Below, piece by piece: positions 19,601 to 34,110 of a stretch of 64,000 nt of DNA; the stretch's first letter is position 1, and each line of letters starts with the position of its first letter. The notes under the pieces were generated by a model. It was given only the letters and a program-made list of their open reading frames with translations, was not told where the DNA came from and did no database searches. The translations under genes were made by a program, and so were the position numbers. Source of the DNA: Gemmatimonas sp. (GTDB lineage: Bacteria > Gemmatimonadota > Gemmatimonadetes > Gemmatimonadales > Gemmatimonadaceae); contig JAABRT010000005.1 of the NCBI GenBank assembly GCA_011390805.1, positions 9,649 through 73,648 on the forward strand, given 5' to 3'.

Positions 19601-19882
19601 CCAGAGCAGTCCGTCACTCTCGCCAGCCGCGTACACCGACACGATATTGGGATGACGCAGCCGGGCAACCGTTCGTGCCTCAAGCAGAAAACGTTGGCGC
19701 AGTTCGGCGCTGCTCGCGACGTCCGGAGCAATGACTTTGACCGCCACCGGTCGGTCAAGCGTTGTGTCGGTTGCGAGAAACACGGTGCCCATGCCCCCGA
19801 CACCCAGCACGCGCTCAATTTGATACTGCCCGCGAAGCGCGTTGGCCAAGCGTGACTGGAGATCTGCCTGCGGAGCGTTCAT
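16646..19882 (-). CDS. Ser/Thr protein kinase with one TM segment and a large TPR-like extracytoplasmic domain
   Basis: Hanks kinase motifs GVGGMGTV, VAVKVI, HRDVKPENILL, DFGVA and SPRYMSPEQ. A TM helix follows (VASAVVAGLAVFGAFQFF), then about 700 aa of helical-repeat sequence. The track start at 19888 is TTG, and ATG is at 19882. Confidence 0.9.
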   Translation of the reverse strand: MNAPQADLQSRLANALRGQYQIERVLGVGGMGTVFLATDTTLDRPVAVKVIAPDVASSAELRQRFLLEARTVARLRHPNIVSVYAAGESDGLLWFAMEYVPGESLRDRLQREQSLPSDVVINIVHDLAMALDDAHAAGVVHRDVKPENILLDRETGRAMLTDFGVARALSSGDSRLTGAGFVLGSPRYMSPEQASGEDDIDGRSDLYSLGLVAYEMIAGRPVVTAETPASILAKHLTEEPIPLRTLSTDVPDALDTVIREALRKQPDARYARGRMMALVLEGRDPNDVELSGNRTLNASRLNSAPRRSASVFSRGRVASAVVAGLAVFGAFQFFTSDRASSTPQNERTWLIAPFELQSGNSSLDWLRDGAVNMLGLTLSQWNDLSVVDYERTLDLLNDVRADETRRVSLDDARRIARRAAAGTVVMGQITSANDSLFLVARLFDVATGSRIDTATAGIPIDSDPRVAFDRIARGLLDLMNGPALSVELTRQTTESVAAYRLYLDGLRALNRWRTDEADAHFAEAIAIDSTFALAYYKRSLGLGWRNIDDSLYLQSAENAVRFGARLSPRQREVLTANRDLARGFQAASVADTEGAVRNWRSARERLTTLVATDSGDGDVWYGLADADYHMALNGALNNPDSTVTMLNRSMRAFERAIELDSTFHLAYQHLVEIYQMSATSSSGVLIDSDRMLLASSVADTARRSSLRRAAQDRAKQFASSWLELEPDGPQAWQALLNTYAVLTQFDSAILLLERARERPAVFSPAMAYSLPLYRAMSGDPDQAVSDLRDAITQSDPDSLGVRTTTPGTLLPFIGMTTAAATGSITLLDSLGAVAEEASPVIPIFGLPTRATANWYAAGARLAMGAPATPQLQRVIRSGIEQLNGAGEGGTPSSLRQQSIGVPYVAYLATRDSSFVGVVRDWLPPAVRLLELDASLALDRGDTLAARRLAAEFPTADQLRNRTLTSGGVRALTQAEVRARLGDLRGALDTYAAMELNNLQLGMAEPGAALFVRSYLVRARLYEQLGEADKATAAYERFVSWWSNADPSLHDELREARMALQRLRDGARVQTVPGTESTR

Positions 19883-20044
19883 GGACAAAGCAAAGACGGA
19901 GGGGAGACTGCAGGCCAGCGACCGCGCGCCATGATTTCTACCATATTGCCCTCACTACGTTCATTCACGATACGAAGTGTCGCAACGACGTCACAAGCTC
20001 CTTCGGGATGGGACGAAGTGCGGCGGGCACCTTACTTTCGTGCC

Positions 20045-21112
20045 ATGACGTTGCGCTCATTCTCATATGCCGCCATGCTCCCGCTGGCGATCCTGTGTGT
20101 TCTGCCAGGCTGTCGATCCTCTATGCCTCTCCCGTCACCCTCCTCGCGCATGGCCCAACCGCTGCTCGCCAGCGATCCCGATTTTCTGGTGATCGCACAT
20201 CGTGGTGCCAGTGGATACCGGCCGGAGCACACGCTCGAGGCCTACACGCTCGCCGTGGAGATGGGTGCCGACTACATCGAGCCCGACCTGGTGAGCACCC
20301 GAGACGGCGTGCTCGTGGCGCGCCACGAAAACGAGATCGGCGAAACCACCGATGTGGCCACACGCTTCCCGGACCGGAAGACCACCAAGGTTGTAGACGG
20401 CAGCAACGTGACAGGATGGTTCACCGAGGATCTGACACTCGCCGAGCTGCGAACGTTGCGAGCGCGCGAGCGATTGGCCTTTCGGGATTCGAGCTACAAC
20501 GGTCAGTTCCTTGTACCCACGTTCGATGAAGTGCTGGCGCTGGCCGATTCGCTCGGGCGCGCACGTGGCCGGGTGGTGGGGGTGTACCCCGAGACCAAGC
20601 ACCCCACCTACTTCCGGTCGATCGGCCTGCCACTGGAAGACAAGCTGCTCGCCTCACTCACTCGTGCGGGATGGAATCGTGCCGATGCGCCGGTGTTTAT
20701 CCAGTCGTTTGAAGTAGCCAACCTGCGGCGTTTGAAATCGCAGACCGATGTACGGCTTATCCAGCTGATTGCCGCCGGATCGCCGCCGGATCGCGGCATC
20801 GAAGCAGACATTCCCACGTACGAAGACATGCTCACCTCCGATGGGCTGCGCGACGTTGCCGCGTACGCCTACGGCATCGGTCCGGAAAAGCGGCTGGTGA
20901 TTCCGATGGATAGCGGCGCTACCACACTCGTACGTGACGCACACTCGGCGGGCTTGAAGGTGCACGTGTGGACCCTCCGCAAGGAGCCCGTGTTCATTGG
21001 GTCACGTTTCAAAGCCGACTTTGCGGCCGAAGCGCGGGCGTTCAAGGCGTCCGGCGTGGATGGTGTCTTTACCGATCATACGGATGCGGTAGTGGGAGCA
21101 GTGCGTCCGTAG
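20045..21112 (+). CDS. glpQ: Glycerophosphodiester phosphodiesterase (GDPD family), lipoprotein
   Basis: VIAHRGASGYRPEHTLEAY...YIEPDLVSTRDGVLVARHE. ATG 20045 gives the lipobox LCVLPGC. Confidence 0.9.
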   Translation: MTLRSFSYAAMLPLAILCVLPGCRSSMPLPSPSSRMAQPLLASDPDFLVIAHRGASGYRPEHTLEAYTLAVEMGADYIEPDLVSTRDGVLVARHENEIGETTDVATRFPDRKTTKVVDGSNVTGWFTEDLTLAELRTLRARERLAFRDSSYNGQFLVPTFDEVLALADSLGRARGRVVGVYPETKHPTYFRSIGLPLEDKLLASLTRAGWNRADAPVFIQSFEVANLRRLKSQTDVRLIQLIAAGSPPDRGIEADIPTYEDMLTSDGLRDVAAYAYGIGPEKRLVIPMDSGATTLVRDAHSAGLKVHVWTLRKEPVFIGSRFKADFAAEARAFKASGVDGVFTDHTDAVVGAVRP

Positions 21113-21163
21113 CAACAGTGCAGTCGCCTTGCTGTATCCGGATGCGGCGCCGCATACTGGCGC

Positions 21164-27795
<6,632 letters not shown>

Positions 27796-27833
27796 CCAGT
27801 ACGCGAAGTGCCCGGGGCGGTTAGCTTTCAGGG

Positions 27834-29717
27834 ATGTCCAATACCGCCTCGCACCTTGACGAGACGTCGGCCGCGGCCGACTCCAATGCAGTACATAAAA
27901 TCGACCAGTCCGGCTTTGCCTCGCTTGGTCTTGACCCTCGCTTGCTCGATTCGCTGCTGAAGCTCGGCTACGAAGAGCCAACACCCATTCAGCGCGCAGC
28001 TATTCCGCCGCTTCTTGAAGGACGTGACGTGCTGGCCATGGCGGCCACCGGCACTGGCAAGACCGCAGCCTTTGCGCTGCCCATGCTGCATTTTTTGAAT
28101 CCTGAGGCCCGCGCTTCCGAACGCATTGCCGGCCTCGTGCTGGTGCCCACGCGCGAGCTGGCCATGCAGGTGGCCGAAGCGGTGCATCGCTACGGGAAGG
28201 CGCTGGGTGTGCAAGCGCTGCCCATTTACGGTGGCGCGCCGATGGAACCGCAGCTCAAGGCGCTCAAGCGTGGTGTGGACGTGGTGATTGCCACGCCGGG
28301 ACGCGCACTCGATCACTTGCGCCGCAAGTCGCTCTCGCTGGCGCATGTGAAAGTGGTTGTGCTCGACGAAGCCGACGAAATGCTCGACATGGGCTTCGCC
28401 GAAGATCTTGAGGCGATTCTTGAGAGCACGCCGAAAGACCGCCAGACGGCGCTGTTCTCGGCAACGTTGCCACCGCGCATCAACTCGATTGCCAACGGCC
28501 ATCTTACCGATCCCGTCCGTGTACGCATTGACCGCGAAGTGGTGGCGGCTGGCGAGTCGGCACGCGTTCGTCAGGTGGCGTATGTGGTGACGCGCAATCA
28601 CAAGATGGCGGCCCTCGGTCGCGTGCTCGACGTGGAAAGCCCCACAGCTGCGATTGTATTCTGTCGTACGCGTACCGAAGTGGACGAGCTCAATGAAACG
28701 CTGACGGCGCGTGGATTGCGCGCCGAAGCGTTGCACGGTGGACTGTCGCAGGACCAGCGTGACCGTGTGATGAAGCGCTTCCGCGCCAAGAAAACCGATC
28801 TGCTGATTGCAACTGACGTTGCAGCACGCGGTCTTGATGTGGATCACGTGTCACACGTGGTGAACTTCGATGTGCCGTCGGATGCGGAAGCCTACGTGCA
28901 TCGCATTGGTCGTACAGGCCGTGCCGGCCGAACGGGTGTGGCGATTACACTGGCTGAGCCGCGCGAGCATCGCCTGCTGCGCAATATCGAACGCCTTACC
29001 GGTCAGCCGATTGCCGTGGAAGCGATTCCCACGGTGAGCGATTTGCGCGCGCGCCGTCTTGAACTCACGCGCGCCACACTGCGTGACGCCATTATCGAAG
29101 CCGCTGAAAACGGCGGTACGGAAGCCGGGCACGAAGTCATTGCCTCGCTGGCCGAAGAGTTCGACATTTTCGATATTGCTGCGGCGGCCGTGCGCCTGCT
29201 CGACGCAGGTCGGCAGGGCACCGAGGAGCCGGAGATCCCGGTGGCGAGTGTGCGTCCTGAGCGTTCGTCGTATGGCGCATCGGGCGGCAGCAGCTCCGGG
29301 CGCGGTTCGCGCGGAGATCGCGGAGATCGTGGTGCCCGCAGCGAGCGTGGGGACCGTGGCATTGTGGGCAGCCGTAGTGAACGCCCGAGCGGTGCCGCCG
29401 GTCGCGTGGCCAGTGCTTCGGCGTCGGGCAAGCGTTCCGAGTCCAAGGCGGCACCCAAGCCGCGTGCCTCCTCGGGCAGCATGACCAAGCTGTTTGTGGG
29501 CGGAGGACGCAAAGCCAAGATCCGTCCCGGTGATCTGGTTGGTGCGATTGTGAATGAATCCGGTGTGCCTGCCGCAGACATCGGCGCGATTGTGATCAGC
29601 GATCGCCACGCCACGGTCGAGGTGCCTTCGGGAAAGGCCGATCAGATTCTGGAAGCCTTGGGCGCCGCGCACATCAAAGGCAAAAAGGTCCCGGTTCGCC
29701 GCGACCGCGTAGGGTAA
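27834..29717 (+). CDS. deaD: DEAD-box ATP-dependent RNA helicase (DeaD/CsdA-like) with R/G/D/S-rich linker and DbpA-type C-terminal RNA-binding domain
   Basis: Q-motif/motif I (TPIQ, AATGTGKTAAF), PTRELA, DEAD (VVLDEADEM), SAT (FSATLP) and HRIGRTGRAG. The linker reads SSSGRGSRGDRGDRGARSERGDRG. The C-terminus reads KLFVGGGRKAKIRPGDLVGAI. Confidence 0.9.
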   Translation: MSNTASHLDETSAAADSNAVHKIDQSGFASLGLDPRLLDSLLKLGYEEPTPIQRAAIPPLLEGRDVLAMAATGTGKTAAFALPMLHFLNPEARASERIAGLVLVPTRELAMQVAEAVHRYGKALGVQALPIYGGAPMEPQLKALKRGVDVVIATPGRALDHLRRKSLSLAHVKVVVLDEADEMLDMGFAEDLEAILESTPKDRQTALFSATLPPRINSIANGHLTDPVRVRIDREVVAAGESARVRQVAYVVTRNHKMAALGRVLDVESPTAAIVFCRTRTEVDELNETLTARGLRAEALHGGLSQDQRDRVMKRFRAKKTDLLIATDVAARGLDVDHVSHVVNFDVPSDAEAYVHRIGRTGRAGRTGVAITLAEPREHRLLRNIERLTGQPIAVEAIPTVSDLRARRLELTRATLRDAIIEAAENGGTEAGHEVIASLAEEFDIFDIAAAAVRLLDAGRQGTEEPEIPVASVRPERSSYGASGGSSSGRGSRGDRGDRGARSERGDRGIVGSRSERPSGAAGRVASASASGKRSESKAAPKPRASSGSMTKLFVGGGRKAKIRPGDLVGAIVNESGVPAADIGAIVISDRHATVEVPSGKADQILEALGAAHIKGKKVPVRRDRVG

Positions 29718-29728
29718 GCAGGACCGCG

Positions 29729-29770
29729 AACCGGGTGTGACGGTAGTAATCGTTGCACCCGGTTTTCTTT
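29729..29770 (+). terminator. Intrinsic terminator after deaD
   Basis: AACCGGGTG (29729-29737) pairs with CACCCGGTT (29756-29764) around an 18-nt loop, followed by TTCTTT. Confidence 0.65.
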
Positions 29771-29792
29771 ACCGCATTCAACGGACGCAGTT

Positions 29793-30146
29793 ATGACTCT
29801 TTACCGTGCCCACCGATTCTGGCCACTGCTGGCGGCGACTATCCTGCTCCCGCTGCATCTGAAGCTTGATAAGTCGAGCCCGACCGCGGGCGCCGAACTG
29901 GCGTCTGCGCCAACCTCGGTTCAGCTGTGGTTCTCGCAGCCGGTGGAACTGCCTGTGACGAAGGTGACCGTCGCCGGCGCTGACAAGAAGGAAATCGCGG
30001 TAAAGGCGCTGGTAAAGGCCGAAGATGGCGCTGTTGTGGCGCCTATTTCCGGTACAATCGGATCAGGCAGCTACACGGTGTCATGGCGCACCATGGCCAA
30101 GGACGGCCATGTCATCAAGGGCGATTTTTCGTTTCGCGTGAAGTAA
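29793..30146 (+). CDS. copC: CopC-domain copper-binding periplasmic protein
   Basis: Signal peptide, then HLKLDKSSPTAGAEL (a mature N-terminal His is typical of CopC), PTSVQLWFSQPVE, YTVSWRTMAKDGHVIKGDFSFRV. Confidence 0.85.
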   Translation: MTLYRAHRFWPLLAATILLPLHLKLDKSSPTAGAELASAPTSVQLWFSQPVELPVTKVTVAGADKKEIAVKALVKAEDGAVVAPISGTIGSGSYTVSWRTMAKDGHVIKGDFSFRVK

Positions 30147-30165
30147 AAATCTGTCGCAGGCATTT

Positions 30166-30198
30166 CCAAAGCATCTCCAAAGCATCTCCAACACCGCT
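30166..30198 (+). repeat. 11-bp tandem repeat in a 5' untranslated region
   Basis: CCAAAGCATCT at 30166-30176 and again at 30177-30187. A degenerate third copy, CCAACACCGCT, follows at 30188-30198 and ends 3 nt before ATG 30202. Confidence 0.85.
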
Positions 30199-30201
30199 CT
30201 C

Positions 30202-31164
30202 ATGTTTTCGCTTTCCACTGGCTCTTCGCGCGTCTCCCTGGGCGCCGCACTCGGCGCTTCCCTTCTGTTGGCCGCTTGTTCGAGCGGCTCCGACTCTTCC
30301 GGTTCCGCCAACAATACCGCTGCCGCCGCGCAGTACAGCCAGCCTATGAAGGTGGGCGAGCTGTCAGGGTTCTCCACGCCCGAAAGTGCATTGTTCGACG
30401 CTGAGCGCGACGTCTGGTACATCAGCAACATCAACGGCGTACCGAATGACCTCGACAACAACGGATTCATTTCCAGGGTGTCGGGTGATCTGGGCACGGT
30501 TGACACGCAGTTCATTGCCGCCGGCAAGAACGGTGTCACGCTCAATGGCCCCAAAGGCATGGCGTTGGTCGGCGATACGCTGTGGGTGGCCGATATCAAC
30601 ACGGTGCGTGGCTTCAATGTGACAACCGGTAGCGAAGTCGCATCGATTGCCGTAGATGGTGCCGTTTTTCTGAACGACATTGCGCTTGCCGCCGACGGAT
30701 CACTGTACATCAGTGATACCGGCATTCGTTTCAGCGCTGAAGGCATGGCGCATCCGGGACCGGATCGCATTTTCAAGCTGGTCGGTCGTGAAGTGTTCGA
30801 AGCGCTGCGCTTCGAGGGTGAGCCGGGCCCCAACGGTCTGGCCTTCGGCGCCGATGGCAAACTCATCATCGTACCGTTTGCGTCAGCCACCATTTCTGCA
30901 TGGGAAGCTGGCAGTTCGGCGGCTGACTCCATCGCCGCCGGTCCGGGAGGTTTTGACGGCGTGCTCACGCTGCCCGACGGGCGCGTGCTGGTGAGCAGCT
31001 GGAGCGACTCCACCGTACACACCTTGTCCAACGGTACGCTCACGCCACTTATCCGTAACGTGCCGGCACCGGCAGACTTCGGGTTTGATGCCAGCCGGGG
31101 AAATCTGGCGATCCCGTTGTTTGAAGTCGGTCGTCTGGAAGTGTGGAGTGTTGTAGCGCAGTAA
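30202..31164 (+). CDS. Beta-propeller lipoprotein (SMP-30/gluconolactonase/LRE- or NHL-like)
   Basis: Lipobox LLLAACSS. Repeated blade-like segments: PESALFDAERDVWYISN, PKGMALVGDTLWVAD, LNDIALAADGSLYISD, PNGLAFGADGKLIIV, FDGVLTLPDGRVLVSS. Confidence 0.6.
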   Translation: MFSLSTGSSRVSLGAALGASLLLAACSSGSDSSGSANNTAAAAQYSQPMKVGELSGFSTPESALFDAERDVWYISNINGVPNDLDNNGFISRVSGDLGTVDTQFIAAGKNGVTLNGPKGMALVGDTLWVADINTVRGFNVTTGSEVASIAVDGAVFLNDIALAADGSLYISDTGIRFSAEGMAHPGPDRIFKLVGREVFEALRFEGEPGPNGLAFGADGKLIIVPFASATISAWEAGSSAADSIAAGPGGFDGVLTLPDGRVLVSSWSDSTVHTLSNGTLTPLIRNVPAPADFGFDASRGNLAIPLFEVGRLEVWSVVAQ

Positions 31165-31274
31165 GCGTTTGTCGTTTGATGCAGCGGCGAGGTGCACGGG
31201 TCGGTTGCGCGCCTCGCCGTGATTACTGTTTCAGGAGTTGCACGGTGACCAGCAATACAGCAGCAGCACAGGGC

Positions 31275-31895
31275 ATGTACTCGCCGCGCGAAGAGTTGGC
31301 CAACGCCCTTACGCACGGCGTGGGATTGCTGGCGAGTCTGATTGGCGTGCCGGTGCTCATTACGTCATATCTGGCGCGGGGCGATCTGCTGCTGGTGCTG
31401 GGTGTGAGCGTATTCGCGGCATCGCTGCTGGCCGTGTATACCACGTCCACGTTGTACCACGCCGTGCCGCATCAGCGCGCGAAACATGTGCTGCGCCTGG
31501 CCGACCATGTGGCCATCTATCTGCTCATTGCGGGAACGTATACGCCCTTTACGCTGGGCGTGCTGCGCGGAGCGTGGGGCTGGGCAATGTTCGGAGCGAT
31601 TTGGACCCTCGCGGCGCTGGGCATCTTTTTCAAGCTCGTGTTCCGCTCGCGCTTCAAGAAGGTTTCTACCGCGTTCTATCTCGGTATGGGTTGGTTGATT
31701 GTATTTGCGCTCCGCCCGATGGCGTTGCAAATGCCAAGCGCGGGATTGATGCTGCTTGCAGCAGGTGGGCTGTTGTACACGGCTGGCGTTATTTTTTATG
31801 TGCGGAAAGCGGAGTACGCCCACGCCATCTGGCACTGTTTTGTACTAGGTGGAAGTGTGTGTCATTTTTTTGCCGTGCTCGGCTACGCAGGGTGA
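31275..31895 (+). CDS. Hemolysin III / PAQR family membrane protein
   Basis: EELANALTHGVG, STLYH, DHVAIYLLIAGTYTPF, HAIWHCFVLGGSVCHF. Seven TM segments. ATG 31275 is preferred, and GTG 31245 is possible. Confidence 0.9.
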   Translation: MYSPREELANALTHGVGLLASLIGVPVLITSYLARGDLLLVLGVSVFAASLLAVYTTSTLYHAVPHQRAKHVLRLADHVAIYLLIAGTYTPFTLGVLRGAWGWAMFGAIWTLAALGIFFKLVFRSRFKKVSTAFYLGMGWLIVFALRPMALQMPSAGLMLLAAGGLLYTAGVIFYVRKAEYAHAIWHCFVLGGSVCHFFAVLGYAG

Positions 31896-31928
31896 CGCGC
31901 GGATCGCGCCGTCGGGATTGAGACACCG

Positions 31929-32303
31929 GTGACGGGTGGCGTGCGGCTTCTGGCAGGCATCTTTGCCGCCGCTGGTGTGATGCACTTCATCACCCCGAAT
32001 ATTTTCATTTCCATTGTGCCGCGCTGGCTCCCGTCGTGGCTGCCGAGTGCACGCACGCTGGTGTACGTGAGTGGCGTGCTGGAGATACTCGGGGCGATCG
32101 GGCTGCTGCTGCCCTCTACGCGTGTGCTCGCGGCATACGCGCTCATCGCGCTGCTGATTGCCGTGTTTCCCGCCAACATACAAATGCTGCTGGACGCGCG
32201 GGCGCGCGACGCAGCCGACTGGTGGATTGCCGCGCTTTGGATTCGTCTGCCGCTGCAGCTGGTATTGATCTGGTGGGTGTGGCGCGTCGCGGCGGCTAGC
32301 TGA
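31929..32303 (+). CDS. Small DoxX-like (DoxX_2-type) membrane protein
   Basis: 124 aa with four hydrophobic helices. The pattern HFITPNIF..IVPRWLP....LVYVSGVLEILGAIGLL...VFPANIQM recalls the DoxX_2 family. GTG start. Confidence 0.55.
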   Translation: MTGGVRLLAGIFAAAGVMHFITPNIFISIVPRWLPSWLPSARTLVYVSGVLEILGAIGLLLPSTRVLAAYALIALLIAVFPANIQMLLDARARDAADWWIAALWIRLPLQLVLIWWVWRVAAAS

Positions 32304-34005
32304 AGGTCTCCGCGAACTTCTCGCGCGCCTGTGTGCCACCCATAGTGATCAACATGGTGCCTTTCATCAGTGTGTCATCGGCCTGAGGTGATGCCTGAAC
32401 GCGATCGTCATGCTGGATGGCAATGACATTCAGTCCGGTGCGTTCCCCAATGGCCGACTCGGCGAGTGTGCGACCGGCCAGCGAGGCCGGGACGGGGATG
32501 TAGAACAAGTCCACACCTTCACCCAGCACGACCAGTTCACGCTCCTGAACGATGGAGAGCACGCTGTGCACTCCCAACGATGCGTAGCTGAGCACAAAAT
32601 CCGCACCGGCGCGCTGTATCGCCTCCACGTTCCGTTCGTGCGTCACGCGTGAGAGAATACGCGCGTCGGGGTTAAGGCGACGGCAATAAACGGTAAGGTA
32701 CACATTCATGGCGTCATCATGCGTCGTGAGCAGAATCGACGGTGCGTGCTCCACACCAGCGTCCGCCAGCACGCTGCGATCGGCGGCGTCACCCACGATG
32801 TGTCGATCGGCGCACGATTCAACTTTCCCCGCCAACTCCGGCGCGCGCTCCACGATGTGCACCGGAATGTCACGCGCCTGCAGCGCTCTCGCTGCGGCAC
32901 GGCCAACCTTCCCGCCACCGAGCACGATTACCGGATTGGGATTCACATTGTAGATCACCAGCAACTCGTTGAGCTCGTTGATCTGCGCTTCGGTGCCGAT
33001 CACTACCAACACACACATGCTGGAGAGCTGCATATCCGGTCGGGCCGGCAACATGCGTCCTTTCTGCCACACACCAATCACCGTGACGCCAATGGCCTCG
33101 CGCAGCCCAACGTCGCGAATCGTACGTCCCTGCAGAGGCGTATCGTGCACCGGGAACTCAGCCAACAGCATGCCGTGAAATCGACCGATCACATTGGCGT
33201 GCGCGATCCCAGCGCTTACGCGGTTGGCCAGGTGCTCACCAAGTTGCCGTTTGAGCGGCAGCACATGGGTGGCGCCGCTCAGCTCAAGGATGTCCACCGA
33301 ATCGTGCGACTCGGCCAGTGCGATGATCGGAACCTGTTCGGCCCGTTCGCGCACGGTCAGAATGATGCTGCTGTTTTGCGGATCGTTGCTGTTGGCGAAT
33401 ACAAGCTTGGCTCGATCAACGCCAGCCGCGGCAAATGTATCAGACGAATCGATGTTGCCGGTAATCACCGGCATTCCGGCGTCCCGAAGTCGCAGCGCTT
33501 CCTCGGAATCCGGCACAATCACATAGGCCGGTACGCCCGCAATCTCCAACCGGTGTACAAGCGCGAGAGCAATCGGATCGTTGGAACAGATGAGCACATG
33601 TCCTGAGACATTGGCAGGCACGTTGCGCAACGCACGCACTCGTGCCCGACTGCGCTGCTCAAGCCACGGCGCATACACGGCGCGGATAAACAGGAACGGC
33701 AACAGAATCAACAGCATGATCAGGCCGGTCAGCAGCACAACTGCGCTGAAAACCCGTCCCAGATCGCTCTGAAACGTGATGTCGCCAAAGCCGAGCGTGG
33801 TCATCACCGTGAGCGTCCAGTAGACACCGGTGAACCAGCTGTGATCCTGTCCCTCCGCCGCCATGATGATGTGAAACAGCCACGAAAACAACAGGATCAC
33901 CGCGATCAGCATTGCGATGTAGCGCAGAAACGGCGCCACGCTGCGGTGCAGTGGATCCTCTTGCTCGGTGAGCAGCGTTGCCAGATTCGAGCCGACGGTT
34001 TTCAT
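32296..34005 (-). CDS. Potassium channel with two RCK (TrkA-N/TrkA-C) domains
   Basis: Selectivity filter TTLGFGD. Two Rossmann RCK units (HVLICSNDPIALAL..., VIVLGGGKVGRAAARAL), each followed by a TrkA-C-like segment. ATG 34005 is preferred over GTG 34110. Confidence 0.85.
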   Translation of the reverse strand: MKTVGSNLATLLTEQEDPLHRSVAPFLRYIAMLIAVILLFSWLFHIIMAAEGQDHSWFTGVYWTLTVMTTLGFGDITFQSDLGRVFSAVVLLTGLIMLLILLPFLFIRAVYAPWLEQRSRARVRALRNVPANVSGHVLICSNDPIALALVHRLEIAGVPAYVIVPDSEEALRLRDAGMPVITGNIDSSDTFAAAGVDRAKLVFANSNDPQNSSIILTVRERAEQVPIIALAESHDSVDILELSGATHVLPLKRQLGEHLANRVSAGIAHANVIGRFHGMLLAEFPVHDTPLQGRTIRDVGLREAIGVTVIGVWQKGRMLPARPDMQLSSMCVLVVIGTEAQINELNELLVIYNVNPNPVIVLGGGKVGRAAARALQARDIPVHIVERAPELAGKVESCADRHIVGDAADRSVLADAGVEHAPSILLTTHDDAMNVYLTVYCRRLNPDARILSRVTHERNVEAIQRAGADFVLSYASLGVHSVLSIVQERELVVLGEGVDLFYIPVPASLAGRTLAESAIGERTGLNVIAIQHDDRVQASPQADDTLMKGTMLITMGGTQAREKFAETFS

Positions 34006-34110
34006 GATCTGAACGATAGGCAGCAACCGCCCGTTGCGCGAATGCAGGGGATGCTCGTGGCGACAGGGCTGGCAATCGGCTAGCCTTCGGCTGACTCCAA
34101 CGCCAGACAC

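Noticed and set aside
27828-28847. 339-aa minus-strand ORF (and the similar 28851-29672 ORF)
   Set aside because: Both are antisense shadows of the DEAD-box helicase gene, His/Arg/Gly/Ala-rich with no motifs.
31186-31218. GGCGAGG...CCTCGCC hairpin after the propeller gene as a terminator
   Set aside because: The stem is only 7 bp with a 19-nt loop and no convincing U-tract.
30081-31316. 411-aa minus-strand ORF
   Set aside because: It is fully antisense to the CopC 3' end and to the well-supported beta-propeller lipoprotein gene. Its Ser/Pro/Ala/Arg-rich composition is typical of shadow frames in high-GC DNA, and it has no motif.
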